Below, in pieces: positions 22,756-36,134 of a stretch of DNA of 57,392 bases. The notes beneath the pieces are model-generated. The model saw nothing but the letters and a program-made list of their open reading frames with translations, was not told the origin of the DNA and did no database searches. Both the position numbers and the translations under genes were made by a program. Position 1 is the stretch's first letter; every line of letters begins with the position of its first letter. Origin of the DNA: Elsinoe ampelina (lineage: Eukaryota); contig ML992510.1 of assembly GCA_010093995.1 (NCBI GenBank), positions 861,127 through 918,518 on the forward strand. The letters are read 5' to 3'.

Positions 22756-24336
22756 CTAAAACTGATACCTAAACCCCGGGCTCCTATCAGTAAACACCTC
22801 CCCCTCCGCCTCCTCCCTCCCCTCCCTCCACCCCTCCGCAATCATCCTATCCTTCCACGCCTCCCTCCGCGTATAAATCGCCCTAACCCCCCACCACCCA
22901 CACCACGCCAGCGCCAAACACCCCAAACTCCACGCATGGCCCAACGTAAACGCCGGCGCCGCCTTGCTGTAATAAATCTGCCCGGAAACCACGCCGCCAA
23001 CATTCGTCAACGTGAGCAAAATACCCACACTCCCCGCCCTCTTCCCATCCGGCGCGCAATTCCCGCTCAACCAAGCGATGTTAGTCCCCGTACACAGGAA
23101 ACAAGCCGTCGCGACGAGGTAAGTAGCCGCGTACTTTGCCGCCGCGGGGACAGGGCAGAGGAGGAGCGCGTACCCCGCCACCCCGAACGGGGCGACGACG
23201 ACCAGCGCCGCGAAACGCGCTCCGTACCGGTCCATCAGCCACGCGCCGATGGCGTAGACGATCGCGCCCCAGAGGTTCACGGGGATGACGAGGTACTGCG
23301 CCTGCACGACCGAGTACCCGAAGCCGTCGCGGATGATGATGGGGAGGAACGTGCCGAAGCCGTACAGGATGGTCACGACGCAGATCTGGATGGTGCCGTG
23401 GGCCCAGGACTTGATGTCCTTGGCCGCGAGCTTGATGTCTGCGCTGGAGGTGTGGCCGTCGCCGCCCGAGTAGGACTCGGCGATCTCGGCGCGGCGTTTC
23501 ATGAGGGATTTGTCCGCGGGCGTCAGGAAGTAGGCGGTTTGGTAGTCCTTGGGCACGAGGAAGACGCAGGCTCCTGCCCACAGCACGGTGAGGATGCCTT
23601 CGAGGATGTACAGCCAGCGCCAGCCTGGGTAGCCTGCTATGCCGTCCATGCGGAGGACGCCGTAGGCGATGAGGCCGCCGAAGGCGCCGGAGAGGGCGGA
23701 CGCGACGAAGAGGTAGGAGATGCGTACGGCGAGTTCGTGGCGGAGGTACCAGTTGCAGAGGAGGAGGGTCATCTGGGTGAGTTAGCTGATGTGATGGACA
23801 TGGTGGTTGATTGAACGTACGGCGGGGAAGAGGCAGCCTTCGAAGAATCCCAGGAGAATCCGGGTGATGAGGAGGCCGGCGAAGTTTTGGATGAAGCCGG
23901 TCGAGAGGCAGACGACGCCCCAGGAGAAGGTGATAAAGGGGATGACGCGGTTGAATTGGAGGCGTTTGACGAAGATGGAGGTGGGGAACTGGTGGTGGTG
24001 TTAATTTGGTCTTACTGGGAGAAGGGTTTGATATACTTCTGCTAGAATGTAAAAGATGTAAAAGACCGAGACGGCGATGTTGAGTTCTTGAGGTGCAAGA
24101 CCAATGTCACGTGTCATGCCCTGGGTGGCGGCGAAGCCGATATTGCCACGGTCCAGATAGCTGATCAGCATGAGAAGCATCATGACCGGAGCGATATGCA
24201 GGTCGAGCTTCCTGACAAGCGACTTCTCCCTTTTGACATACTCTGCATCTTCGGGTGAGAGAGAGTCAGAGGGCGAGTCGGCATACTCGCGGTACGCCTG
24301 CGGGTGCTTCTTCTCGATATCACTTGACGAGTCCAT
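22756..24336 (-). CDS. MFS transporter, anion:cation symporter (Dal5/Tna1-like); introns 23989-24036, 23773-23820
   Basis: LVRKLDLHIAP...SYLDRGNIG, LGFFEGCLFP, WY...ELAVRISYLF, GWRWLYILEG, KRA motifs. Confidence 0.88.
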
Positions 24337-25361
24337 GATGCTGATGCTCGAGCGATCAGCAGTGAAGAGTGGCCTTGGAGTATTTGTAGTGAGAATGAAG
24401 CAGAGATGCAGAATTGGAGAAGTAAGATGCCGTAGATCCTTTCACGTCGCCTATGCGGGCTGGACATGACGGATGTGCGCAGGGGATCCCACGCTGTTGG
24501 ATGGCACTGTCGATCGCGGTTGTACCACCAGCCTACGACGTGCCGTGTCGTTTCTCCAACACGCCACAATTTGAACATGTTCATGCAGGCGATGCATGGT
24601 GATCAACACGGATCTGGAGAGCCTTGGATGCACGACCTCACACGTTTGCATGCAGGAAGGGTATTGCCCGACCATGTGGAGCGACCAACACTGTGATGCT
24701 GTAGAATGTGGGAAGATCCAAGCACAAGGAAAGTGTGCCGACCAGCCATAGACGTGGCGAGTGTGAGACGTGGTACGAAAGAATTCATGTTGCGGGGAAG
24801 GCCTACCCTTGGAGGGGACAAGGGGGACTTGCTTTCGTGGGGGGATCACGTGGCAGACCAAGCAAGTCTTAGACATGCTTGTCGGCTTATTTCCCTTATT
24901 CCCAGGTCTTAGAAAGCATTTGGGGAAATATGCTGTAGAGTGCTTGATTTGATTGTCGATACTGTGACTATTTTCCGCCCGCCCCTTTCCCCAGTAGATT
25001 GCCGCCGGATAGTTAGATAAGATGCAATACTGCTACCAGAACAGAGAGCAACAGTCGCTGGTGGTAAATGAAAATCAAATAGCCTCCCCAATGCTTCATG
25101 CCGCGTCATCATAAGTCGTGAGAGGAAAAGAGTGGTGCCGGCTGGTAGTTATGTGGCCGTGTTGCGTCACATCCCTTACGGTCAGAAAGCCGGAGTAGAT
25201 GTGTCGGTAATTAGACGCAGGAACCAGCGAGAGAAGGCAGCGAGTTGTGATAGGATTCAAAGAGGGTTTTGAGGCCAGGGACATGAGGCACCAGTGCGAT
25301 CGATAGCTTGAGGGGCCACAGTCAAATACTGGTAGTATCCGGATGATGTAAAGTAGGGTTG

Positions 25362-26399
25362 TTATGAGACCTGCACCTGCTCTTCGTCCTCAGTGTCGAC
25401 CTGTTCATCTTTGACCATCTCCTCGCTCTTGCTTCTTGCTTCGACGGCGGCGTCATGACTCTCTTGCGTCGGGGTGAGCTGAGGTGGCTCTTCAGAGCTG
25501 ACAGTCTTTCTCCGCTTGCCCCTTGGTGCTGGCTCGAGTGGTAGGATCTCGTAGGTAGTCTCAACTGTGCTTCTGTAATTCTCCTTTTTGATGATGCGGC
25601 AATGCTGCCGATTCTCGATGGCGTTGACAACAGATGCGGGAAGATTATTACGAGAAACGGTATTGCGAGGTGAGAAAGGCACGCGCGGTGAAGCGGCGGA
25701 GGCGCTCCATGGTGTTTGTGGTTGAGCTGACATTGCGTAGGGGGACTGCACTGAGCGTGCACTCATGGGTGAGCGCACACTGTTGGCAGAGAAGGGTGAG
25801 TGTGGAACACGAGAGCCGTGAGGAGTCCTTGCAGAATTGGGTCGTGGAAGCCGAGGGTAGCTGTTGGCATTCGGGATCATGATGCGAGGCGACATGGGCT
25901 TCCGTCGTGAAGTGCTGGCGGTAGCAGGCGGGGATGGGGCAGTCTCAGCTGAGGAGCAGGTGTACGACGAGGTAGACGAGTCAGTCGAGAGATTCCTGGT
26001 GATGGGTGGGTGCTGCTTGGGCGTGGCCGACTTATCGTCCTCGGCCTGTGTAGCTGCTCCATGCTGCGTGAGGTCGCTCGCGCTGTCCGTGCTAGGAAAC
26101 CGTGAAAGGGTTCCGCAGCTATTTGGCGGGCTCATCATGCCTCCCGGGGATTTGGCCTGGGCGAGGAAGTTCATGTAAGACAGTGGCGGCGAGATGGGAG
26201 ATCTGCCAGAGTCCTGCCTCAAAATTTCCACCGGAGTGGCTGATAGAGGAGTTCGGATCTCAGAAGGGAAACAGGCAGAGTCGGCGGTCTGGAGGACAGG
26301 CCTTTTGGCTTTGGCGTTCATACCAGATGCGGCTGAAGTGGCAGCCGCAGTAGCAGCCATGGTGGCATTCGGCTCGGTCGTGGTCGTAGTAGTCGACAT
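25362..26399 (-). CDS. Ser/Thr/Pro-rich hypothetical protein
   Basis: Long open frame with coding-like composition, many SP/TP sites and a C-terminal PAPRGKRRK NLS-like motif; likely ATG at 26399 (MSTTTTT). Confidence 0.6.
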   Translation of the reverse strand: MSTTTTTTEPNATMAATAAATSAASGMNAKAKRPVLQTADSACFPSEIRTPLSATPVEILRQDSGRSPISPPLSYMNFLAQAKSPGGMMSPPNSCGTLSRFPSTDSASDLTQHGAATQAEDDKSATPKQHPPITRNLSTDSSTSSYTCSSAETAPSPPATASTSRRKPMSPRIMIPNANSYPRLPRPNSARTPHGSRVPHSPFSANSVRSPMSARSVQSPYAMSAQPQTPWSASAASPRVPFSPRNTVSRNNLPASVVNAIENRQHCRIIKKENYRSTVETTYEILPLEPAPRGKRRKTVSSEEPPQLTPTQESHDAAVEARSKSEEMVKDEQVDTEDEEQVQVS

Positions 26400-28566
26400 G
26401 ATTGAAATGAGAACCAGTTCTCTATCTCTATACCACCAAAGGAGAAGAGAAGAAAAGACCAGGACGACCACGTGGGTACAAGACGAGATGGAAAAAGGCA
26501 AGAAGTAGCAGAAAGCATGATAGATGTATAGCTTACCCCAGTCAGCTGGTGCCGCCGGGTGGAATGGTACAAGGAGCAGAGTAGCGTGTCGCTGCATGAC
26601 TACGGCGCGTAAATGCAGCAATGGGCAAGATGAGGCTTGATGTGGTTTGGACCGCTGACCATGTCCTCGACGCACGGAGAGCACCGAACCTAGTCCTGAT
26701 CAGATCAGAGAGCATGTGATTGGATCAGCAATGGATGTCCTGAAGGCAGGTTTAGACCTGTTTAGATCTCCCGCGCGTAGTGTAAGGGCAAGTATCGACC
26801 AATGAACGACGCTGTCCAACCGCCCATTGCTGGGTCTCTGCCAAATGCCCCTGTGCCACGAGGCTCTTCTGGTAGTTGATTGCCTGGATGAAGATGGTAC
26901 TTTGAATGTTTGTACCACGGATGAAGATGATGGTCGAGGGCGAATCGAGATGGAATTTGTGAGGATAGCAAAGGGGAAAGAGGTCGTCCTGCCCCAAACA
27001 TCCGGGAATTTCAGATTTTGGCTTTGTGTGCTTCCGTCCCAACTTCACCTGGTCCACGTCCTACCACAAGGACAACACATTCATTGCAATCAGGAACGTG
27101 ATGGTCGAGTCATTCTGCAGAAATTCGAATCAATCACACATTATTCCTCTGTAAAAAGGCACAACTGCATGATCCGAAAGGCATGCATGGTACTGTAGGC
27201 AAAAGTTAGCGCGCCCAGGGATCTGACCTCGACAGAGCCGGGAGGCAAGAGATGCGCTGGCCCCTCTTCTCTCGTCTATCCTTCACCGGTTGCCATCTAT
27301 TAGCACCTCCTCGTCTCATCCATCACCATCCATCTCTACGCGCTGTGTACCGAATATATCTTCAGCTGAAGACTCCAGCGTCAATCACCACCCGCTGTGG
27401 CTCCTGTCAACGTCAACAGCTGACGCGGTAGCACAACAGGAATACCTCATCTCTCGCAGGACTCCATGCGGCGTCACGCCCATGCCACCCCAGAATAGCC
27501 GTGCCACACACGTGCAGCGGGCGCCAGTCAATCCTCAGACCCAAAGTAGATCTCCAACAGAGGTCCATGAATCGGCATCGACTCCTGCCGTAGACCAGAC
27601 CAAACCAGGTCAAGCTCAAATCGCTTGTCCGTTATCCGCCACGCAAACGCAATAGACGAGCTCGAGCAGCCCACCGTCGTCGATGCAGCTAGTCCACCGA
27701 TCTCCTCCGTTCTGCGCCGTTCACTCCACGAGTCCACGGCGTCTCACCATGCACTCCTCCCGTGTGCTACCAGCCACAACCTCATAATCCCGCAGCTACA
27801 GCGCGGCGTCAAGGCTTGAGGCGTTCTTCACCGGTCAGCTAAACCCAACCTACCCCTCCAACGTCCCCTGCCAGCACACACCCTCATACAATCGACCGAC
27901 CGGTCAAATCCACTCTGCAGTATCGACCCGCATACCAAGCGCCCCCTCAGGGTCCAGTGCAGAAGCGACCCCCCATCTCCCCTGCACGACCACGGCGCGG
28001 GGCCCAGATAATCGACCCTCCAGTGGCGCGATCCCACAATGACACTGCGCTGGCCTTCGCTTGAGGTGTGGGTGTTTCTCTGCCTTTCATTTCGCGCTGG
28101 ACAGACGCGGCGTGTAGATCCCTGTGTTGTCACCTTCGCAATGAATGGACATGTGCTTGCAATGCGAGGACTGCATGCGAAGGCTCTGGAAATGCATGGC
28201 GTACCACACCATCTTGACGAGCAGACTTTCTTTCGAGTGGTTCCAGAGCGTTGCCCCTCTTTTTGATGACCAATAGACCGATGCTTGAGTCTGTCGGCGC
28301 TTTTGAACCGGTGAAAGACACGCGGTAGGTTGATCGTGGGTGGAGTCATTATCATTACTATCACTTGATCGCTCATCAAGACCAAGGTGAGTCTATGTAA
28401 GCGAGATATGGCGGGGCCTGGTCTCCTCTCGCTCTCTGAATGCATCTCCCGCTCTCGCTTTCCCTCCTTTTCTCTTCCGCCTTGATGTCCTCTCCTCAGA
28501 CACTGATGCTCCCATTCCTACCCTCACTCATCCCCTTCAACTTCCCCTTCCCTCACCCACGAGTGT

Positions 28567-29893
28567 TTACACAAACAACACAATCTCCCCCCTCTCATTC
28601 CTCCTCACCCTCAACTCCTTCCAAAGCTCCTTATCCCCGCTCTCGCGATCCCTCTCCTTCTCCGCTTCCCGCTCACGATGATACCGCTTCAACACCTTAT
28701 TAATACTCTGGCCCCTCTGACTCTCCTCCCCCTTCGTGATGAACCCCAAAAACATCTCCCCCGGATTCCCATACTTGACTAACTGTCCCCCACCGTTCGC
28801 CTCCCCGCTCGTCTTGCGGTACTCGATCGCCTTCTGCCCGTGCCCCTGCCCCTGCCCCTGCCCGTGTCCCCGGCGCGGCGTCCGGTCCTCGCTGCTACTA
28901 CTCCGACTCCTGCTGCGCTCCCTCCGCTTGACGAGACGGGTCTCCTCTTTCCGGCCCCCCCGGCGATCGTCGCCGTCTAGGCTTTCCCGGGTGTTGTGTT
29001 TGCTTCTCTTCAGCCCGCCCGAGGGGCTCACGCCGGCGACTTGGCGCTCGAGTTCTTCGACGGGTCGGGCGAGGAGGCGGGATAGACCGCCCGTGAGGCC
29101 CGAGTGGAGGGAGATTTTCTCTTCTTTGCGGTGCGAGGACGTGTCGAGTTCTTCGAGGTCGCGTTTGCGTTTCTTGTCGGATTTGCCTTCGCGGTCGCGC
29201 TCTCGGTGGCCGTCGCGGTCGTCGTGGCGGCATTTTTCTTTCTTTTGGCCCGAGGGGGCGGGGGTGAGGTACATTGCTTCTGGGATTTGCGATTGGGACT
29301 GGCTTTGGGAGTGGTTCTGGCTGCCTGCGTGTGGGACGAGGGAGGAGTAGGAGTCGTAGCGCTCCATCGTGGGTTGTAGGGGACCGGATCCGTAGCTGTA
29401 GCCGTGCCGTACGTAGTGGCTGTCGTCGCTGACGGTGCTGCGTGCCATGCCTGACTCGTCTTTGACCAGGAAGTCGTAGACGTTCGGCCCCTGTTGCTGA
29501 GGAGGAGAAGGAGCTTGAGGAGGTACATCGATAGTCGCGAGGGCGGTATCGCGCATCTCGGTGTCTTGCTGTGAGTCGTCCTCGACATAGGCTTTGCGAG
29601 GTATCATTGCGTCTGGTTGTGTAGGCTTGGACCTGGTCTGTTTCCTGTCCTTCTCTTTGTAGAATGTGCCTTCATACTTTTGCGCTTCCGATATACACGA
29701 TGTATGCGATTTGTACTCTGCGCCGTGAAAGGTGGTCATGCAATCTATACAGGTAAACTGCGCGCGGCGGCACGAGTTGCGATGCTTGTCGAGCTTGCCT
29801 TTGGTGAGGACGTCGCCGCAGCCCTGGGATTGAGTGAGTGCTTGGACAGGGCGAGAGAAGGCGATGACGAACCTCGCAAGAGAAGGACACCAT
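28567..29893 (-). CDS. LYAR-type zinc-finger nucleolar protein (intron 29824-29872)
   Basis: Spliced MVSFSCEGCGDVLTKGKLDKHRNSCRRAQFTCIDCMTTF...YKSHTSCISEAQKYEG is the LYAR double zinc finger; R/E/K-rich tail. Confidence 0.88.
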
Positions 29894-30629
29894 TTTTTAG
29901 CTGACCACAGATGCGATGCGTGTGATCAGGCTTGAAGGTCTGGGGAAGCCGTCACGAGTACAATCGATTCTGACGAATGATGTGGAGGGTCAGATGGATG
30001 GCCAGGCAGACGAGACAGGGATTGGCCTGGTAGCTAATAAAAGAATGATATTTGTATGGATGCGACTCTCACTCCCGCTGCAGTCGATGTTGTATGTTGT
30101 GTAGCTATTTTTCGCGATAGCTTTTTTTTTCTCAAGCCTCGCGTTGTGCCAGCAAAGCACAAGCCTGGCCCGCCCACCTTTTATCAGAGCTGTCGCCCGG
30201 CCGAAGCCCGCCAGATTGGATCGCCATCCTTCCCGCCAACTTTACTTGCGTAGCGCCGACCCCAGGCAGATCATCTGCAAGGGTCCTTTGGATCCTCCAT
30301 CCTGGTCATCTGTTGTGAGCGCTCACTGTCCTTCTTCTCAGACCTGACTATCACAAGAGCCTTTTCCTGTTCCTGTCGTTTCAGAAGCTACCTGCTGCTC
30401 TTCGTTGACCTGATGACGTTCGGTATCATGACTTGTGGGTCACTCTGGTAACAGACTTTTCTGGCGGACGTTCTCTTTGATAGTCAGTCATCCTTGACTG
30501 TTGGAAAGGTATGCTTCCATAACGCTGAAATTATGTTTGTGTAGCATCGAGTATTTGCATGTTAACCTCCACGGGTGTCACTGTTCAGAAGTCAGGAATC
30601 TCATCCACGTCACCGCCTTTCCGTGCAAC

Positions 30630-31346
30630 TTACCCTGAATCAATAACTGCCGGAAGGGCATCCTCATCAAACATTCGACCATTTTCCCCTGTCAACTTTT
30701 CCTTTTGAAGTTCGCTCATCTCTGCCTTTGCTTTCGCGGGCTTCGCATCGCCCTCGTCACTCTTGTCGTCCTTGGCTCCTTTACTGCTCTTACTGCCCTT
30801 TGTTTTCGCATCCTTTTCGTCTTCAGCACATCCACAGTCGTAGAAGTCGCCGATATTTGAGCAGTCAAAGATCTCCTTGTCCAAAGACTTGTTGACCTCA
30901 TTATGAACATGACATGCCCATGCTGCCGCCGTCGACCGAGTCGCGACCTGTGGTGGAAACTTGTCGATGATCTTTCTGAAATGCTGGGAGCATTCTCCAC
31001 AAGGGTATAGCCTCTGGAACAGATGGATGTATGCTTTTAGAGCGGCACTTTCCTCGCTTGTTGGCTTGTCCGGAAATCGCGCCATCGTGGTATGCAACAG
31101 CTTCCATGCAGCTCTTCCCAGTTCTGCCTTGGCCGTCTCATTCCCAAGTTTCGGCATAATAGCATTCCCTTGTAGATCGGCTCCTTGAAGCTTGACATCG
31201 TTTGCTGTTTTCGATCCGGTCGCCCGCATCTCCGGGACATTGTGTACTGGGGGCGCGGATTGAAACGTGGTGATTACAAGTAATACGAGGAAGACTGCTA
31301 GCAGTCCGAGCACCGCCATAGCTCTTTTGCTCCTGACAAGCGCCAT
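30630..31346 (-). CDS. ERV2: FAD-linked sulfhydryl oxidase, ER type
   Basis: N-terminal TM; ELGRAAWKLLHT, LYPCGECSQHF, CHVHNEVN, and the C-terminal YDCGC shuttle motif of Erv2. Confidence 0.9.
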   Translation of the reverse strand: MALVRSKRAMAVLGLLAVFLVLLVITTFQSAPPVHNVPEMRATGSKTANDVKLQGADLQGNAIMPKLGNETAKAELGRAAWKLLHTTMARFPDKPTSEESAALKAYIHLFQRLYPCGECSQHFRKIIDKFPPQVATRSTAAAWACHVHNEVNKSLDKEIFDCSNIGDFYDCGCAEDEKDAKTKGSKSSKGAKDDKSDEGDAKPAKAKAEMSELQKEKLTGENGRMFDEDALPAVIDSG

Positions 31347-31649
31347 GTTGCGGAAAGACTTTTCCGATCAATCATGTGCTGTTGACCATTTGACGGCAAG
31401 TGATGTTCTTGACAAAGAATATTTCAGGAGAAACAGTTGTCAAGAAACACAAGCCCCTACCAACATTTGAGTTCAGGGCGAGCTGCATGCGGCTATTTTG
31501 AGTAATTGACAATGCGGAGCTGCCGGGCGGTGAACAGCTGCCATATGCCTCGGCTTTGAGAAGATGCCCGTGAATTACATGTGCGAGTTCGAAGGGCAAT
31601 GTAACAATCTGTTTCTCACTACTGTGTCATAGGCATCTGATCGACGATC

Positions 31650-31922
31650 TTAGAGATTCATATTCCAAACACCTAGAAGCAGAGGGAGCAGACCAAGAAA
31701 ACCAATGGGCTCAGTGGGAAGAACCAGGGCGACGGCAAAGCCAATCATGCTGATGCCTACAATTATTGTAAATCCAAGGCATTGACCAAGAGTGATCTTC
31801 AGTGGAGTCATTGCCTTGTTCGTAGCAGCTTCAGCAAAGAAGGTGGCCAGGACAAACAAGTCATCGATGTTGGTGACGGCGAAGGTGCTGCATGCGACCC
31901 CAATCGCCTTGCCGAAGTCCAT
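31650..31922 (-). pseudogene. Truncated CadD-family cadmium-resistance transporter
   Basis: TFAVTNIDDLFVL, GQCLGF, IGFLGLLPLLLGV match the N-half of CadD; stop after 90 aa, and no second-half (GGDNI-type) motif is visible downstream. Confidence 0.65.
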
Positions 31923-32369
31923 GGCTCCAGAAGTGTCGTCCTGACTATGCTACACGACTATGGATAAGAAGCATTGTTGGCTGATGCGTGGAACTCAGTC
32001 AACGAGTTGTAATTGTCCATGCATCTTCGTTCTCACTCAACGACACCCTTGTTCTTCAAGTCCAAAGAAAGAGAAGTTTCTCGTGAAGTCAGACGGCTGA
32101 GGAGGGGGGCAAGCTCTGCGTCTCTCGGTATCCGATCGTGCGTGTACGAACCGGAGTGGCCATTAAATCATATCGTTGAGCTGACCAAATAACGCAGAAC
32201 AGGTATATAAGAAGTGAAGCAGGAGAGGCGACGTTCAAGGGGCCGGTCTGATGCGGAATCCTTGAAGCTCCCCGCCGCGGCATGCGGACCTCGGCTGTCC
32301 CACGTGAACGAGTCCTCAGATCACAAATGTCAAGGATGCCAGCACAAAAGATGCGCTGACATCTACAAC

Positions 32370-35300
32370 ATGTCCGGTGGTGGCAGGAAGCTTGCATCTT
32401 CAGCGACTGCAGAAGTTCAATTAGTACCTTCACTCAAGTCCTGCCTAGTCAATCTCCCATCGCCTTTAGTCTCTGTTCTTGCAAATGCCGACGCGGTAAG
32501 TATCCTTCCAGTGTCAATTGCAATTCACTAAGTTCGTAAGATAGCACAAAACGTAATAGTAGAAATTGGAGTGATCTCGGACAAGTCTCGATCGGACAAC
32601 AAGAATGCGCCCACTCGACCTGCTCTGTTCTTTGGCTGGACAGGGTTTCAAAGCCAGAGTCGGTTGACACCCGTGGTTGACAAGGATGGCATACAGGGAG
32701 CGCGGAGTCGACGGAAAGAGCAGGACGTGGGTGTCGTGGAGATCGATGCCGTCGCTGGACGAAAGTTGGGCATAGACGGTGGATCAAGAGTGACGGTCAC
32801 ACTACATGTCAATCCTCCAGAAGCGCATACAGTCAACATTGAACCGCTCACGGCAGACGACTGGGATATCTTGAATCAGCATGCTGAATTTCTCGAGCTC
32901 AACTTCCTGGCTCAAGTCAGAGTAGTGCAGAACCCAGCAGTCTCGAGCGACCCCATTGCACAGCAACCTATCATCCTACATCTCACAGCGACATCAACAA
33001 TCGCGGTCAAGGTAGTCAGCATTGATCCGCCCCTGGCCTCGTCACAGCCTTTTGTCAAAGTATCACCTGAAGCCGAGGTCATAGTGGCGCCGAAGTCCAG
33101 ACGGTCACAAGCTCAATCAGGCAGGACCGAGAACCGAAGCATCACTAGCAAGCGAAGCGCTGGCGGACGAAGTACCACTTCCGCTCGCCAACGGTCAATG
33201 CGCGAGGACGATGAACGCCGGAAGCCAACATTCCTACGACCACTGGATCGAAGTGTTTGTGCTGAATGGATTGATGAGGATGAGCCGAATTCTGCGGACG
33301 AAGGACTGCGAGTCTGGGTCAGCTCGCAGACAGCGTTATCAGCACCCCTGAAAGGAGTACAGTGGGTGACAGTATCCAAGGTCCGCGCCGCTGGTCTGGA
33401 GGAGCCGCAAAGCCCTCAAGGACAAACTCCCGAGCAAGACAAACCGGCGGTTTCGGTAGTTGCCCGTGTGTTTCAATGGGAGGATGCACCTGACAATCGA
33501 CATGCTCTGCTCTCATCAATGCTATGTTGCTCTCTGGGTTCTGTTGGTGTGGTAGGTGGACTGATCAAGATCGAGCCTGCACCAGCACAGATGCCCAGGA
33601 CTGCCTCGATCATGAAGCAGCTCCAGCCAGACGCCAACAAATCCGCTGCTAAGGAAGTCATTGTCAAGACACTCAAGATTTCGCCTTTCCTTGAGTCGTC
33701 TGGGTCCCAATCAACGAACCTGTCCTTTGGCGGACAGACCAAGGCAGAGCAGGAGAAGTCTGTCCAGAAGATTGTGTCACTTTTCGGTAGATCTGAAGAA
33801 GAGCACAGTCTATTCCACGGACCGTTGACGCACAGAATGATCCTGCCCGCAGAAGCCGGCAATAGTGCAAGTGAGAGATGGCCCGGGGGTATCCTCAGAT
33901 TCGACCCACCTCCACCATCTTCACAAGGAACTTCGCCTCAGCCTGCATCGTGGTTTCTCGGAGGGGAGCGTAAATTGGCCATCGAAGTTCTGCCTGCTAT
34001 CTCACGACCTACCGAATTAGCACAAGAAGCTGTAGGCTCCGAGCTCCCAGATCGACCTGAAATACTGGTCGGTGTGGATAACATCGTTTCTCAGGCACAG
34101 TCTGGTCTGCTACATTCCTCGTCCATCATGTTGACAGGCGGGCTGGGCTCGGGCAAGTCCTCCATCGCTGCATATGTCGTTCATACACTTCGGACAGAGT
34201 ATTTGTTTCACACTCTCTATTATCCATGCCGCAAGTTGATTACGGACGAGACCAGACTGTCTACGATCAAGGAGACACTGCAAAGACTCTTTGCTCGGGC
34301 TTCATGGGGAGCCAGACTTGGTGGAAAGTCACTGGTCGTTCTCGATGATATCGACAAGCTCTGCCCTGTGGAGACTGAGCTACAAGTCGGAAACGACAAC
34401 AGTCGAAGTCGTCAGATATCAGAATTGCTCTGCTCGACAGTGCGCAAATATTGCACACGCGAATCCGGTGTAGTGTTACTTGCAACAGCGCAAGCCAAAG
34501 AATCCGTCAACAACGTGGTGATTGGAGGTCATGTAGTCAGGGATATTCTGACCATCAAAGCTCCAAACAAAGACGGACGACGAAAGATACTAGAGAAGAT
34601 CATCGATCACAAACCCCCAACAACGACAAACGGCACCTCCGGCAGTCCCATCGCCCATCACAAACTCACGTCCTCAATCGACCACGCCTGGATGAACGGG
34701 TCCGACTCCTCCGCCCCCGCCTCCATAAACGGTGACACCACCTCCCCATCCCTCGACCTCCTCGACATCGCCGGCAAAACCGACGGCTACCACGCGGGCG
34801 ACCTCCACCTGCTCATCTCCCGGGCCCGCTCCGAATCCCTGATCCGCTCCATCGCCACCTCGCCCACCTCCCTGACCCCACCCCTCCTCACCCCCGACGA
34901 CTTCACCTCTGCCCTGAAAGGCTTCACCCCCGCCTCCCTCCGCAACGTTACGCTCCAATCCTCCACGGTCTCCTTCTCCTCTATCGGCGGCCTGGTGTCC
35001 ACCCGCCGCACCCTCCTCGAAACCCTGCAATACCCCACCACCTACGCCCCGATCTTCGCTTCCTGCCCCTTACGTCTCCGCTCCGGGCTCCTCCTCTACG
35101 GCTACCCAGGCTGCGGCAAAACGCTCCTCGCCTCGGCCGTAGCAGGCGAATGCGGGCTCAACTTCATCAGCGTCAAAGGGCCCGAGATCCTGAACAAATA
35201 CATCGGCGCGTCCGAGAAATCCGTGCGGGACCTCTTCGACCGCGCCGAAGCCGCGCGGCCCTGCGTCTTGTTCTTCGACGAATTCGACTCCATCGCTCCC

Positions 35301-36134
35301 AAACGCGGGCACGATTCCACGGGCGTCACGGATCGGGTGGTCAACCAGCTCCTGACGCAGATGGATGGCGCCGAGGGCTTGTCCGGGGTGTACGTCCTCG
35401 CTGCCACGAGCAGGCCGGATTTGATCGACCCTGCGCTGTTGAGGCCGGGGAGGTTGGATAAGAGTTTGCTGTGCGGGATGCCGGATGAGGCGGAGAGGAG
35501 GGATATTCTGGGGAGGGTGAGTGGGAAGTTGAGGCTGGAGGGGGGGATGGAGGGGGAGGGGGGCAGGGGGTTGGATGAGGTTGCGAGGAGGACGGAGGGG
35601 TATAGTGGGGCGGATTTGCAGGCGGTTATGTATAATGCGCATTTGGAGGCTATTCATGATGTGTTGGGGCCGGAGGAGGTGGAGGGGTTGGGGAAGAGGG
35701 GGGAGGGGAAGGAGGGAGGGGGGGTAGGGAGGAGGGATTTTACCTTCTTTAGGATGGGGGAGGAGAGGGAGGAGAGGAAGGATAGTCCTGCGTGGGCGAA
35801 GGAGAGAGGGGAGATTGCGGCGCGACTGCAGGCGATGGAAGCGGCGAGGAGGAAGGCGAGGGAGATGAGGAGGAAGGCGGCGGGGGATGGGATGGGGTAT
35901 GGGATTGGCAAGGGGGAGGGTTTGAATGGTGGAGCGGATGGGGATAAGGGGAAGGAACCGGTGATTGCGTGGCGGCATATGGAGAAAAGCTTGGGGGAGA
36001 CGAGGCCGAGTTTGAGTGAGAAGGAGAGGAGGAGGCTGGAGAGGGTGTACAGGGAGTTTGTGTCTGGCAGGAGCGGGGAGATGAAGGATGGGACGCAGGG
36101 CACGGAGGTAGGTGGAAGGACGAGCTTGATGTAG
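32370..36134 (+). CDS. PEX1: Peroxisomal AAA ATPase (intron 32496-32540)
   Basis: LKSCLVNLP, VNIEPLTADDWDIL (Pex1 N domain), D1 GGLGSGKS, D2 CPLRLRSGLLLYGYPGCGKT, PKRGHDSTGVTDRVVNQ, end VGGRTSLM. Confidence 0.95.

Noticed and set aside
26400..28560. ORFs of 60-205 aa, and the N-terminal extension of the 25362-26684 ORF
   Set aside because: No motifs; reads as promoter/5' UTR sequence
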